From the NCBI GenBank assembly GCA_913050185.1, contig CAJXBA010000003.1, positions 1,081-65,080 of the forward strand: DNA of 64,000 nucleotides, written 5' to 3'. Position 1 is the stretch's first letter. The number at the start of each line of letters is the position of its first letter. This DNA comes from an uncultured Pelagibacteraceae bacterium. Its GTDB lineage: Bacteria > Pseudomonadota > Alphaproteobacteria > Pelagibacterales > Pelagibacteraceae. The notes beneath the pieces were generated by a model. The model was given only the letters and a program-made list of their open reading frames with translations, made no database searches and had not been told where the DNA came from. Shown here one piece after another: positions 28,635-38,793 of this stretch. The translations under genes and the position numbers were made by a program.

Positions 28635-30029
28635 ATGAGTTTAGTAGCAACAAGATTTGCTCCATCTCCTACTGGACCGCTGCATATAGGTGGAATCAGG
28701 ACAGCTCTTTTTAATTGGTTATTTTCAAAAAATAATAAGGGAAAGTTTTATTTAAGAATCGAAGATACCGACAAAGAAAGATCAAAAGAGGAATACAAAA
28801 ACCAAATTATCCAATCATTGCAATGGATTGGAATAAGGCACGATGATAAGGAATATATTCAATCAGAAAAGATTAAACTGCATAAAGAAATAGCAGAAGA
28901 ACTTTTAAAAAAAGGTTTTGCTTATAAATGTTACTGTTCAGAAGAAGAAATAAAAGAACAAAAAGAAAAAGCAAAAAAAAAAGGAATACCTTTTGTGTAT
29001 AATCGAAAATGTAGAGACCCCAAAAAGTTAGAAGTTCCAAAAAATGTAAACCCGGCAATAAGGTTTAAGAGTAAAATGAGTGGAAATACTATAATTAAGG
29101 ATCTGGTACAGGGCGAAATTAATATTTCAAATTTTATAATAGAAGATTTTGTTATCTTACGAAAAGATGGTACGCCTACTTATCATTTGTCTGCTGTGGT
29201 TGATGACCATACAATGAATATCTCTCATGTCATCAGGGGTGACGATCATAAAATAAATACTTTTAAACAAAAGCAAATTTATGAAGCAATGAATTGGAAA
29301 TTACCTAATTTTGCACATATTCCATTGATACATAGTCAAAGTGGATCAAAATTATCAAAGAGAGATAAAGCTTCAACAGTCGATGATTATATAAAATTAG
29401 GTATATTACCAGATACCTTGAGGAATTATTTATTACGCCTAGGTTGGTCTCATAAAGACAAAGAAATATTTAATTTAGAGGAAAGTATAGAATTATTTGA
29501 TTTAAAAGGAATAGGAAAATCTCCATCTAAACTGGATATGTCTAGAATATTATCACTTAACGAACATTATATAAAACATATGGATGAAAAAGAATTATTC
29601 GAATTTTTAAAAGATTTTTGCAAAAAATTTGAAAAAAAGATTAATAGTTCGAAAGAAAAAACACTACTAAAATCTATGCACTTTTTAAAAAACAAAGCAA
29701 AAACTCTAGATGATATATATCAAAATGCTCAATATATTCTTAGTGATATTATCAATATTTCATCTGAAGATTCAAAACTTTTGGATGTAGCCTCTAAGAA
29801 GATTTTAAAAGATTTCTTAAGTGATTATGAAAAAATGACAAAAATAACTAAAGAATCTCTTGAGAAAATTGTTAATAGATTAATAGATAAACACAAAACA
29901 AATTTCAAAGGAATAGGTCAGCCATTAAGAGTTGCTCTTACTGGATCCAAATTCGGTCCTGGTCTTTTCAATATCATTTTATCTCTTGATAAAGATGAAA
30001 CTATTAAAAGATTAAAGTTGATTAAGTAA
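28635..30029 (+). CDS. gltX: Glutamyl-tRNA synthetase
   Basis: RFAPSPTGPLHIGGIRTALFN (HIGH motif) and KLSKRD (KMSKS motif). ATG 28635 is preferred over TTG 28629. Confidence 0.93.
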   Translation: MSLVATRFAPSPTGPLHIGGIRTALFNWLFSKNNKGKFYLRIEDTDKERSKEEYKNQIIQSLQWIGIRHDDKEYIQSEKIKLHKEIAEELLKKGFAYKCYCSEEEIKEQKEKAKKKGIPFVYNRKCRDPKKLEVPKNVNPAIRFKSKMSGNTIIKDLVQGEINISNFIIEDFVILRKDGTPTYHLSAVVDDHTMNISHVIRGDDHKINTFKQKQIYEAMNWKLPNFAHIPLIHSQSGSKLSKRDKASTVDDYIKLGILPDTLRNYLLRLGWSHKDKEIFNLEESIELFDLKGIGKSPSKLDMSRILSLNEHYIKHMDEKELFEFLKDFCKKFEKKINSSKEKTLLKSMHFLKNKAKTLDDIYQNAQYILSDIINISSEDSKLLDVASKKILKDFLSDYEKMTKITKESLEKIVNRLIDKHKTNFKGIGQPLRVALTGSKFGPGLFNIILSLDKDETIKRLKLIK

Positions 30030-31142
30030 AACTGCACTTGCTATTTCAGAAGATTTTCCTTTTTTAAAATTATTTATTATTTCTTGTGATTTAGCTATCT
30101 GCTTTTCTAAAATATTTTTATCATTTAAAAGTTTGTCTACCGTTTTAAATATATCTTTTGGGTTACACTTAGATTGTAATAATTCTGGTATAACTTCTTC
30201 ATCAGCGGCAATATTAATAATATTCGGAGATTTTACTTTCACTAGATTTTTTATAATAAAAAAATTAATTTTGCTCATTTTGTAAATAATCACCGATGGG
30301 ACTTTTGCATTACAAATCTCTAGAGAAATTGTGCCTGATTTAGCCACAGCAAAAATTGATTTTTTAAGAATATCAGACTTAATTTTTTCATCACTTATTA
30401 CTTCACAATTTTCAAATTTTTCCTTGAACAGAAAATTTTTTATTAGCACACTATGCTCAATAGTAGAATGAAAAATAAAAAAAATATCTGAATATTTTTC
30501 ATTCATTAATTTGACAAATTTGAATAAAATAGGCATTAAAACCTTTATTTCTGAAATCCTGCTGCCTGGATATATTGAAAAAAATTTTTTATCCTTTTTT
30601 ATAACTTGACTAATATCTATTTTACTTTTCTCTTGGTATTCAAGCAACGGGTGTCCTGTAAATGTAGATTGAATATTTTCTTTATCAAAATATTTTTTTT
30701 CAAAAGGAAATAATAACAAAACATGATCAAGAAATGATTTTAGTTGTTTAACTCTATGTTCTCTCCAGACCCAAACTTGAGGAGCTACAAAATGAATAGT
30801 TTTAATACCAGATTTTAATTTCTTAACTTTTTTAGCAACTCTTAAAGTAAAATCAGGACTGTCTACAGAAAATAAAATATCGGGATTGAATTCTATAATC
30901 TTATCTACAGTTTTGTTAATTTTTTTTTTAATTTTAAAAATATTCAATAGAACTTTAGTAAATCCAAGATATGTAATCTCTCTTAAATCATAAATAGATT
31001 CTATTCCCAAAGCTTTTAAATGCTCGCCACCTACTGATAAATATTCAATATCAGGCTTTGAACTTTTAAGCTTTGCGATTACCCTTGATGCTAATTTGTC
31101 ACCAGAAGGTTCTCCAGTTAAAACAAATATCTTTTTTTGCAT
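30012..31142 (-). CDS. lpxB: Lipid-A-disaccharide synthase
   Basis: 376 aa. N-terminus KIFVLTGEPSGD, with overall LpxB length and position at the end of the lpxD-fabZ-lpxA-lpxI cluster. Confidence 0.9.
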   Translation of the reverse strand: MQKKIFVLTGEPSGDKLASRVIAKLKSSKPDIEYLSVGGEHLKALGIESIYDLREITYLGFTKVLLNIFKIKKKINKTVDKIIEFNPDILFSVDSPDFTLRVAKKVKKLKSGIKTIHFVAPQVWVWREHRVKQLKSFLDHVLLLFPFEKKYFDKENIQSTFTGHPLLEYQEKSKIDISQVIKKDKKFFSIYPGSRISEIKVLMPILFKFVKLMNEKYSDIFFIFHSTIEHSVLIKNFLFKEKFENCEVISDEKIKSDILKKSIFAVAKSGTISLEICNAKVPSVIIYKMSKINFFIIKNLVKVKSPNIINIAADEEVIPELLQSKCNPKDIFKTVDKLLNDKNILEKQIAKSQEIINNFKKGKSSEIASAVLLNQL

Positions 31143-31143
31143 A

Positions 31144-31956
31144 TTAAATAGCGCAAATAAACATTCGATTTTTATTTGCCAAACTAATACATTTTGGCCG
31201 ATCTAAAACAATATTTTGATTTGCTTTCAGAACAATTCCTTTTAGTCCAATTTTTGCACATTTTTTCACTGTTTTAATACCAACAGTAGGTAAATCTACA
31301 CGTAAATCCTGATTTCTTTTTGGAAATTTAAAGAGGATACCTTTTCTTTTATTTCTGTGAGAAAATCGATTTAATAACACATCAACTCTATTCAACATAT
31401 CATCTGTCCCATCAATGCCTTCAATTGCAATTACATTACCATCCCTAATAACCGCTCCCTGTCCAATTTTACGATTATTTAGGCCTATAATGATACTTTT
31501 TCCTTTCAACATATCCTTTTTACTAAAAAAATCGGGTTTGATTTTTGTATAGTTTCCCCTTTTGAGTAACAGTTCAGGATTAAAAAAAGTAGAGCTTATT
31601 ATTTTAAATCCTTCTTTTTTAAAAATATTAATAACTGCCTTAATAATTGACGCATCTCCTTTTTTAGCTCCCTTAATAATTCTTGGTAAATAATATAGAG
31701 CCTTAAAATCAAATTTAGTGTTAGTAAAATTTGGAGTAGAAACTTTTCCAGCAAAAATTATTTTTTTGCATTCGTATTTTTTTAATATCAATATAGCTTT
31801 TCCCAATTGTCCTATGGATAAAGGAAAAACATTCTTATTTTTTTTGAATATTTTTTTTTTAGAAATATCAATTATTATACATTTCTTATTAAGTAATTTA
31901 ATTTTGTTTATAATCAAACTACCTAACTGAGTATCACCAAGCACTAAGCCTATCAT
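31144..31956 (-). CDS. lpxI: UDP-2,3-diacylglucosamine pyrophosphatase LpxI (DUF1009)
   Basis: 270 aa between lpxA and lpxB, the characteristic alphaproteobacterial location of lpxI. It has GQGAVIRDGNVIAIEGIDGTDDML and a DLPTVG segment. Confidence 0.8.
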   Translation of the reverse strand: MIGLVLGDTQLGSLIINKIKLLNKKCIIIDISKKKIFKKNKNVFPLSIGQLGKAILILKKYECKKIIFAGKVSTPNFTNTKFDFKALYYLPRIIKGAKKGDASIIKAVINIFKKEGFKIISSTFFNPELLLKRGNYTKIKPDFFSKKDMLKGKSIIIGLNNRKIGQGAVIRDGNVIAIEGIDGTDDMLNRVDVLLNRFSHRNKRKGILFKFPKRNQDLRVDLPTVGIKTVKKCAKIGLKGIVLKANQNIVLDRPKCISLANKNRMFICAI

Positions 31957-31963
31957 TAAGCAA

Positions 31964-32746
31964 TTAATTTTCTAATGGTGAACAGATTGGTCTTTTTTTA
32001 TCCTTTGAAATAAATTCTGTTACTTCTTTAACCAATTTATTATCTTTAAATTCCCCATTAATTTTATTTAAATTTTCATGTAGATTTTTTGATGAAAAAA
32101 TTTTTTTGTAAGCCTCATTTAGCTCCATAATTGTCTTATTTTCATATTTGTTTCTACGAAGACCAATTACGTTTATTCCTTTTAAATAGTTTCTGTTACC
32201 TAATGATAAACCAAAAGGTATCACATCTTTTAAGACTCCAGTCATACCTCCCACCATTGCTAAACGACCTATTCTAGTAAATTGCTGAACTGCAGAGTTT
32301 CCACCTATAATAACAGAATCCTCAATGACAACATGACCACCCAAAGGGACATTATTGGCAATAACCACATTATTTCCAATTTGACAATCATGAGCTATGT
32401 GCGAAGAAATCATAAATAAACAATTGTTCCCAATTTTTGTAATCATTCCTCCGCCTTGAGTCCCTGGATTAATTGTTACATATTCTCTAATTATATTATT
32501 TTTTCCTATAATCAGACTACTTTTTTCACCTTTATACTTTAAATCTTGGGGCTGAGTTCCTATGCTCGCGAAAGGAAAGATTTTCGTCTCTTTGCCAATT
32601 TTTGTGTCACCAACAATATTGACATGTGAATGTATCTCCACTTCATCATGAATTTCAACACCAGATCCTATTACTGCATACGGACCTATTTCAGCAGTTT
32701 GTGAAATTTTTGCATTTTTATCAATAATACTAGTTTTGTGAATCAT
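31964..32746 (-). CDS. lpxA: UDP-N-acetylglucosamine O-acyltransferase
   Basis: 260 aa. IHKTSIID start and hexapeptide-repeat left-handed beta-helix sequence with a C-terminal helical domain. Confidence 0.93.
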   Translation of the reverse strand: MIHKTSIIDKNAKISQTAEIGPYAVIGSGVEIHDEVEIHSHVNIVGDTKIGKETKIFPFASIGTQPQDLKYKGEKSSLIIGKNNIIREYVTINPGTQGGGMITKIGNNCLFMISSHIAHDCQIGNNVVIANNVPLGGHVVIEDSVIIGGNSAVQQFTRIGRLAMVGGMTGVLKDVIPFGLSLGNRNYLKGINVIGLRRNKYENKTIMELNEAYKKIFSSKNLHENLNKINGEFKDNKLVKEVTEFISKDKKRPICSPLEN

Positions 32747-33206
32747 TATTTTGCTTTGCTTTATCTACAATTGTGGCTGCCCATTCTGCGTCAGCCATTC
32801 TTTTTCCATCAACTTTTGCTACACCTTTATATTTCCAAACTCGACTGTGAGATCTTAATGCTTCAATTTCTAAGTTTAGTTCACAGTCTGGAATAACTGG
32901 ATTTCTAAATCGCGCTTTATTTACATTCATCAAGTAAACCAATTTATTCTCGTATTCTTTAGAATCTACACTATAAGCTGTTAGTGCGGCTGCCGCTTGC
33001 CCAAAAGCTTCAACTATAAGAACGCCAGGCATAACGGGTTGTCCTGGGAAATGACCTTGTACAAAAAAGGATGTTTTTTTAACGTTAATTATTGCCGTCG
33101 CTGATTTTAAGGGAACTATGTTAGTTAGCTTATCAATTAATAACATTGGCTCTCTATGTGGCAACAAAAGTTCTATTTCCTTTTTATTTATAGAATTTTT
33201 TATCAT
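32730..33206 (-). CDS. fabZ: 3-hydroxyacyl-ACP dehydratase
   Basis: 158 aa. LPHREPMLLIDK, HFPGQPVMPGVLIVEA. Confidence 0.93.
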   Translation of the reverse strand: MIKNSINKKEIELLLPHREPMLLIDKLTNIVPLKSATAIINVKKTSFFVQGHFPGQPVMPGVLIVEAFGQAAAALTAYSVDSKEYENKLVYLMNVNKARFRNPVIPDCELNLEIEALRSHSRVWKYKGVAKVDGKRMADAEWAATIVDKAKQNNDSQN

Positions 33207-34198
33207 TTTTTTCTCCTCATTTTTACAAAATCTCTTAGTGGCACGGCAGGATAACCCATAACCTGAGAATTGTCTGAAATATCAGTTGTAACTCCGCTTG
33301 CGCCTCCAATTTTAACATTATTACCTATTATTAAATGCCCAGAAATTCCAGCTTGGCCTCCAATTACAGTGTTATCCCCTATAATTGTGCTTCCTGAAAT
33401 TCCCACTTGGGCAGCCATGATACAATTTTCACCCACCCTAACATTATGAGCGATATGTATATGATCATCTAGAAAAGTATTTTTTCCTATAACTGTGTCA
33501 GATATAGAGCCTCTATTGATAGTACAATTTGAACCTATTTCCACACCATCGTTTAAAATTACTTTTCCAATTTGAGGTGTCCTTAAGTTTTTTTGCTTAA
33601 TAGGAATAAAACCAAAACCTTTGAGTCCAATTTTAGCACCATCCTTTATGTTTACGTTTTCACCAATTATGGAATTTTTTATCACAACAAATGAACCAAT
33701 TGTGCAATTATTACTAATTTTTACATTGCTCTCTATTATACTATTACTACCGACATAAGAATCATTTCCTATTTGAACATTTTTGCCAATAAGAGTATTT
33801 TTACCAAAGTTAACTTTTGGATACTTTTTTTTAATTTCGTCGGAATTAACTAAGTAAATATCAGGATAGTCTATATCAGCCTTGGGGTAAAACATTTTTG
33901 AAACCTGATTTACTGCCAGTAAAACATTTTTTACATCAAGTTTAATACATTGATTAGGAAGGTATTTTGAAAGATTTGATGAAGTTATACATGCAGCAGC
34001 CTTTGTTTTTAAAGAAATATCTTTATATCTACTAGAATTTAAAAAAGTCATATCACTCTCATTTGCATTTACTAATGATTCTACCCCATGAATTTTAAAA
34101 TCTTTTACATGTGAATAATCTTCAGTACATTTAATTGTTTTAATTATTTCTTTTAGGGTGTATGGCCCTAGTTTTTCAAAAAACTGGCGGGACGACAT
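33203..34198 (-). CDS. lpxD: UDP-3-O-acylglucosamine N-acyltransferase
   Basis: 331 aa. N-terminal LpxD domain followed by long hexapeptide repeats. Confidence 0.92.
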   Translation of the reverse strand: MSSRQFFEKLGPYTLKEIIKTIKCTEDYSHVKDFKIHGVESLVNANESDMTFLNSSRYKDISLKTKAAACITSSNLSKYLPNQCIKLDVKNVLLAVNQVSKMFYPKADIDYPDIYLVNSDEIKKKYPKVNFGKNTLIGKNVQIGNDSYVGSNSIIESNVKISNNCTIGSFVVIKNSIIGENVNIKDGAKIGLKGFGFIPIKQKNLRTPQIGKVILNDGVEIGSNCTINRGSISDTVIGKNTFLDDHIHIAHNVRVGENCIMAAQVGISGSTIIGDNTVIGGQAGISGHLIIGNNVKIGGASGVTTDISDNSQVMGYPAVPLRDFVKMRRKK

Positions 34199-34199
34199 T

Positions 34200-34724
34200 T
34201 TACTGCAAATTCAACGACTGAAGCTCTTTATTTAATTTTTCAATAATTGAATCAGTAATATCAAGATCTGTTCGTCCGCCAAGAACGAATTTTTTATCAA
34301 TTACAATCGATATGTCATTTTCTTGAATATAAGTATTTAGTAAGGGATCTATCGTTTTCAATAATGTTTGTCTTGCCTTTGTTCTTTGGTTAGCTACCTT
34401 ATCAAGAGCCGCCCTTCTTTGTGATTGATAATCTATTACTTTTTTTCTTAGTGTGTCTGCCTTTTTTTGATATTCCTCTTTAGATAAAATATTCTTTTTT
34501 TCTAGCAAATCAGTTTCTTCTTTTTTGAGATTATTTTCTATATCTGAAAACTTTTTATTATTATCTAGCAATGATTTCTTCAAAAAGTCCTGAGCTTCTT
34601 TTCCTGCTTTACTATTATTCAAAATATATTTCATATCTAAAGTTACCAATTTTTGTTCAGCAAATGCATGTGTACAATTTAACAACAAAAATGTAACTAC
34701 AAAAATTTTTACTAAATGTTTCAT
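34200..34724 (-). CDS. skp: Periplasmic chaperone Skp/OmpH
   Basis: 174 aa with a signal peptide ending HAFA, then a K/E/Q-rich coiled-coil sequence. It lies between bamA and lpxD. Confidence 0.8.
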   Translation of the reverse strand: MKHLVKIFVVTFLLLNCTHAFAEQKLVTLDMKYILNNSKAGKEAQDFLKKSLLDNNKKFSDIENNLKKEETDLLEKKNILSKEEYQKKADTLRKKVIDYQSQRRAALDKVANQRTKARQTLLKTIDPLLNTYIQENDISIVIDKKFVLGGRTDLDITDSIIEKLNKELQSLNLQ

Positions 34725-36967
34725 TAAAATGATGTTCCAAGCCTAAAATTGAATGTTTCCGTTTCATCTTGATCATAAGTAGTTATAGCTTTTGCTGCTG
34801 TAAAACTAAGCGGTCCGACCATAGTCCAGACATCAACAGCTAAACCCACGGATGATCTAATTTTATTTGAATCGTTCACTGAATCACTATAATCCACTCC
34901 CCAAAGGTTTGCAGTATCAATGAAAGCACTAACGTTAGTTTTTAGAGATTCAGGCAAAAGATTTGGTAGTTTTGCCTCAAATCCAACAGCTGTTGCAAAG
35001 TTACCACCAATCCAATCACTTTCGTCCTTTGGTCCAACTTTACTCGTATCAAAGCCTCGAAGTCTTCTTTGTGGTATAAATAGCCTTTCTGATAATCTCA
35101 CATCATCATCTATGCCATGTAGTGAACGTCCATATATTCTTAACGCACCAATGACATCTTCTGAAAATTCGAAATATTTACTTGCGGTTAATCCGTTTAA
35201 AATTGAAGATGAATCTCGAACAATTGGTAATGATTGAACAAAACTTATTTTGTGACCAGAAGTAGTCTCAAATCTCTGATCTCTTTTATCAAGTGTTATG
35301 GAATAATTAAAATCCACATTTTTATAATTTCCTTCCATTTTTTTTATTTTATCTGACGCGGATGACTGAACATCAATTTTTTCAAATTTTGCACTGATCG
35401 TAGGAGATAAAAACACGCCCTCATATTGCTCGAACTCCGTACCAAAACTAAAACCGGTTGTTGTACTCTCGAAACCTGAGTTTGTTGTCTTATCCATCGA
35501 AGAAATATCAAGAGAAGAAAAAACTGCATTACCAGTATAATTATAATTTGGATTCCTCAAAGCTATACTTCCACTGATAGATTGTGCATTTAGTGATATT
35601 GATGATTGAAGATTAATTCCTTTTCCTAGCCAATTATTTTCTTTTACTGCAAACATAACCGAAGTTCCATCGGTACCAACTCCTGCGCCAGCCATAATTT
35701 CACCTGTAGCTTTTTCTTCAACTTTCACTTCTAAAATTTTCGAATCTGGCGAATATCCTTCTAAGATTTTCTTTTCAATTTTTCCAAATATACCTCTTGC
35801 TTTAAGATTGTTGATAGATTTATTAAGCAGAAGAGCACTATATGGATCTCCTTCGTCTATGAGCATTTCACTTCTTATTACTGCATCATTTGTTACATTG
35901 TTACCCTTGATATTTATTCTTTCGACCGTAAATTTTCGACCTTCAAAAATATCTATTACAACAGCAACACCATCAGCCTCTAAAGTTTCATCTAATCGGT
36001 GATTAATAAATTGCAATTCCTTTTGTTCGCTCAATTTATCTATTTTTTCTAAAATGGCTGTTAGTTTCTTTTCAGAATAGTATTTTCCAATTATTTTATT
36101 AAATTCAGTTTGTAATGGAATAAAAGCAGATTTGTCTAATGCCTTTGCGACATTAGCTGATATTTTTTTAAATCTATATCTTTTTCCAGCATTAATACTA
36201 AATGTCAAAACAAAACCTTCACCTTTGGAATATTCTACATTGCTCGACGATATATCCACTTCATAATAACCTTTATTTTTATAATATCTTTTCAACAATC
36301 TTTTATCTAGCTCGACTCTCTCTTTGCTTAAATAAACGTTCTTCGAAAAAATTTTCCAAAAAGTATTTTCTTGGGAAGTAATAATATCACTCAATTTTCT
36401 ATTCCTCATCTTTTTGTCACCTAAAAAATATATTTTAGCAATTTTAGCTTTCTCTCCTTTGTTTATTGAATAAATCAAATTTACTCTATTTTTATCTAGT
36501 TTTTCTATTTCTAAATCTATTTTTACAAAGTAAAAACCCAAGTATCTGTAAAATTCTCTTATTTTATTAATATCTGACTTGACTATATTTCTTAAAAATG
36601 AAGTTTTTTCCTTTAGAGTAATTATTTTATTAATTCCTTCTCTATATTTATCTGCTTTTTCACCTTTAAAAACTATTGAGTTTATTATCGGATTCTCTTC
36701 AACATTTATGATCAGTTGATTATTTATTAATTCTGCTGATATGTTGGAAAAAAAGTTGGTTTCATAAAGTTTTTTGATTAATAAACTAATATCGATTTCA
36801 TCATAATTCTCTCCGGTTTTGATATCTCCAAAAATTATAATAGTCTCTAAGGTTATTCTTTGATTTCCTTTTACTTCAACTTTATTAACCATTTCAGAGT
36901 AAGATTTAACACTGAAAGCAAGAATAAATAGAATGAAACCAACCAATATTTTTTTATAATTTGCCAT
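34724..36967 (-). CDS. bamA: Outer membrane protein assembly factor BamA
   Basis: 747 aa. Signal peptide, repeated POTRA-like units, a C-terminal beta-barrel and a terminal F (FNFRLGTSF). Confidence 0.93.
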   Translation of the reverse strand: MANYKKILVGFILFILAFSVKSYSEMVNKVEVKGNQRITLETIIIFGDIKTGENYDEIDISLLIKKLYETNFFSNISAELINNQLIINVEENPIINSIVFKGEKADKYREGINKIITLKEKTSFLRNIVKSDINKIREFYRYLGFYFVKIDLEIEKLDKNRVNLIYSINKGEKAKIAKIYFLGDKKMRNRKLSDIITSQENTFWKIFSKNVYLSKERVELDKRLLKRYYKNKGYYEVDISSSNVEYSKGEGFVLTFSINAGKRYRFKKISANVAKALDKSAFIPLQTEFNKIIGKYYSEKKLTAILEKIDKLSEQKELQFINHRLDETLEADGVAVVIDIFEGRKFTVERINIKGNNVTNDAVIRSEMLIDEGDPYSALLLNKSINNLKARGIFGKIEKKILEGYSPDSKILEVKVEEKATGEIMAGAGVGTDGTSVMFAVKENNWLGKGINLQSSISLNAQSISGSIALRNPNYNYTGNAVFSSLDISSMDKTTNSGFESTTTGFSFGTEFEQYEGVFLSPTISAKFEKIDVQSSASDKIKKMEGNYKNVDFNYSITLDKRDQRFETTSGHKISFVQSLPIVRDSSSILNGLTASKYFEFSEDVIGALRIYGRSLHGIDDDVRLSERLFIPQRRLRGFDTSKVGPKDESDWIGGNFATAVGFEAKLPNLLPESLKTNVSAFIDTANLWGVDYSDSVNDSNKIRSSVGLAVDVWTMVGPLSFTAAKAITTYDQDETETFNFRLGTSF

Positions 36968-36976
36968 AAAATGGTA

Positions 36977-38134
36977 TCATACACACATAGATATTGTTTT
37001 CAATCTAGCCCAATTATCAGCTATTTTTATATCTTTTATCGAATTAGGTTTTTTTGATGCATATTTTTTAAAATCTCTATCTTTAACAATTTTATTTACT
37101 GTTTTAACAATATCTAAAAAACCAATTTTTTTTTCTAGAAATAAATTTACTAATACTTCGTTCGACGCATTAATTATTGTTGGTGCCAAAAAACCAAAAT
37201 TTAGACATTTATCAATTAATTTAAGTGATGGAAATTTGTTCGAATTAGCATTTTGAAAGCTCAATTTATTTAATATTTGAGTATCAACTTTTTTCGCATT
37301 TGAAACGTAATTTTTCCTGCCATATAAAGTATTAGATATTGGTATTTTCATATCAGTATTATATAGAATCATTTTTATTAGGCCATTTTTAAATCGAATT
37401 ATAGAATGAACGTAAGATTGTGGATGTATAACTATTCTATATTTTTTTTTACTAAATTCAAAAATTTTACAAGCTTCAACTATTTCAAAAACTTTATTCA
37501 TCAGGTTTGCAGAATCTATAGATATTTTTTTTCCCATTTTCCAATTTGGATGATTGATAGCTTGAGTTGGTTTAACTTTGCTCATTTTTTTTATCGACAT
37601 GTTTAAAAAAGGTCCGCCAGAAGCAGTTATTATTATTTCTTCGATTTCATCATCAGTTGAGTCTTTTGTTAATTCCATTATTGAAAAATGTTCTGAATCA
37701 ACAGGCAATATTTTTGTTTTATATTTTTTAATATATTTGGATAATATTTCCCAACCACAAATAATCGTTTCCTTGTTAGCAATAACAACGGTTTTGCTAA
37801 TTCTAACTGCATCTACTGTTGGTTGTAGTCCAGCAACACCAACGATAGCGGACATTGTATAATCCAATTTTCCAGAAATTATATTAGTTATTGAAACATC
37901 GCCTGTATAAACTTTTGTTTTCTTCAATGAATTTTTTACTTTTGAATAAAAATTTTTGTTTTTTATTAAAACATTTTTAGCCTGGAATTGTTTAGCTTGT
38001 TGAATAAGTTTTCTATAATTATTATTTGCTGTTAGTAAAACGATATCAAAATTTTTTTTATCTTTATTTATTACTTCTAATGTATATTTGCCTATAGATC
38101 CAGTAGAACCAAGTATTGCAATTTTTTTTTTCAT
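36977..38134 (-). CDS. dxr: 1-deoxy-D-xylulose 5-phosphate reductoisomerase
   Basis: 385 aa. ILGSTGSIG, ANKE, PVDSEH and NHPNWKMG motifs. Confidence 0.93.
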   Translation of the reverse strand: MKKKIAILGSTGSIGKYTLEVINKDKKNFDIVLLTANNNYRKLIQQAKQFQAKNVLIKNKNFYSKVKNSLKKTKVYTGDVSITNIISGKLDYTMSAIVGVAGLQPTVDAVRISKTVVIANKETIICGWEILSKYIKKYKTKILPVDSEHFSIMELTKDSTDDEIEEIIITASGGPFLNMSIKKMSKVKPTQAINHPNWKMGKKISIDSANLMNKVFEIVEACKIFEFSKKKYRIVIHPQSYVHSIIRFKNGLIKMILYNTDMKIPISNTLYGRKNYVSNAKKVDTQILNKLSFQNANSNKFPSLKLIDKCLNFGFLAPTIINASNEVLVNLFLEKKIGFLDIVKTVNKIVKDRDFKKYASKKPNSIKDIKIADNWARLKTISMCV

Positions 38135-38793
38135 AAAATAATAAGTTTAGATAAAATAAATGCAAATGGGATAGCAAAAATTATTCCATCAACTCTATCC
38201 ATCAAACCGCCATGTCCAGGTAAAATATTTCCTGTATCTTTAACTTTGGCTTTTCTTTTTAGATAAGAAATAAATAAATCGCCTAATTGACAAACTAACG
38301 ATGTAAATAAACACATTAGAAAATTGCTAATAGAAAGTAAATATTCTGAACTATTAATATTATAAAATATTAATAATGGGACTATAGAAAAACAAAATGA
38401 GCCAAAACTACCAGAAATAGTTTTGTTTGGACTAATCTTTGTTAATTTTTTTCCCCCAATACTTTTTCCTATAATATATCCGCCTATATCTGAACAAATG
38501 CAAATAGATAAAATATAAAGAAAGAAAAAAGGACCATCTGCAAAATATAAGCCTATAGCTGAAAGTGCAAATATGCCAAAGAGATAAAAGAGACTTATAA
38601 ATCTAAATAAAAATTTGGCAAGCTCATTAAGGTTTCTTACACGAACTATAATGATGCATATTTCATCAAAAGCAAAATATGAAATTACTAGTATGGCAGT
38701 TATAAAAAAATACTTGTGTACAAATATACAAAAAATTACCAATAAAAATAATAAGATAGAAGTAATTATTCTTTTTTGTGATTCTTTAGTCAT
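38131..38793 (-). CDS. cdsA: Phosphatidate cytidylyltransferase (compact, 220 aa)
   Basis: C-terminal signature SYLKRKAKVKDTGNILPGHGGLMDRVDG, in a polytopic membrane protein. Confidence 0.85.
   Translation of the reverse strand: MTKESQKRIITSILLFLLVIFCIFVHKYFFITAILVISYFAFDEICIIIVRVRNLNELAKFLFRFISLFYLFGIFALSAIGLYFADGPFFFLYILSICICSDIGGYIIGKSIGGKKLTKISPNKTISGSFGSFCFSIVPLLIFYNINSSEYLLSISNFLMCLFTSLVCQLGDLFISYLKRKAKVKDTGNILPGHGGLMDRVDGIIFAIPFAFILSKLIIL

Noticed and set aside
38131-38793. Short cdsA (220 aa), considered as a possible pseudogene or truncated gene.
   Set aside because: The reading frame is intact, the full C-terminal CDP-diglyceride synthase signature is present, and the gene is tightly coupled to uppS and dxr. 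It is interpreted as a compact but functional gene.
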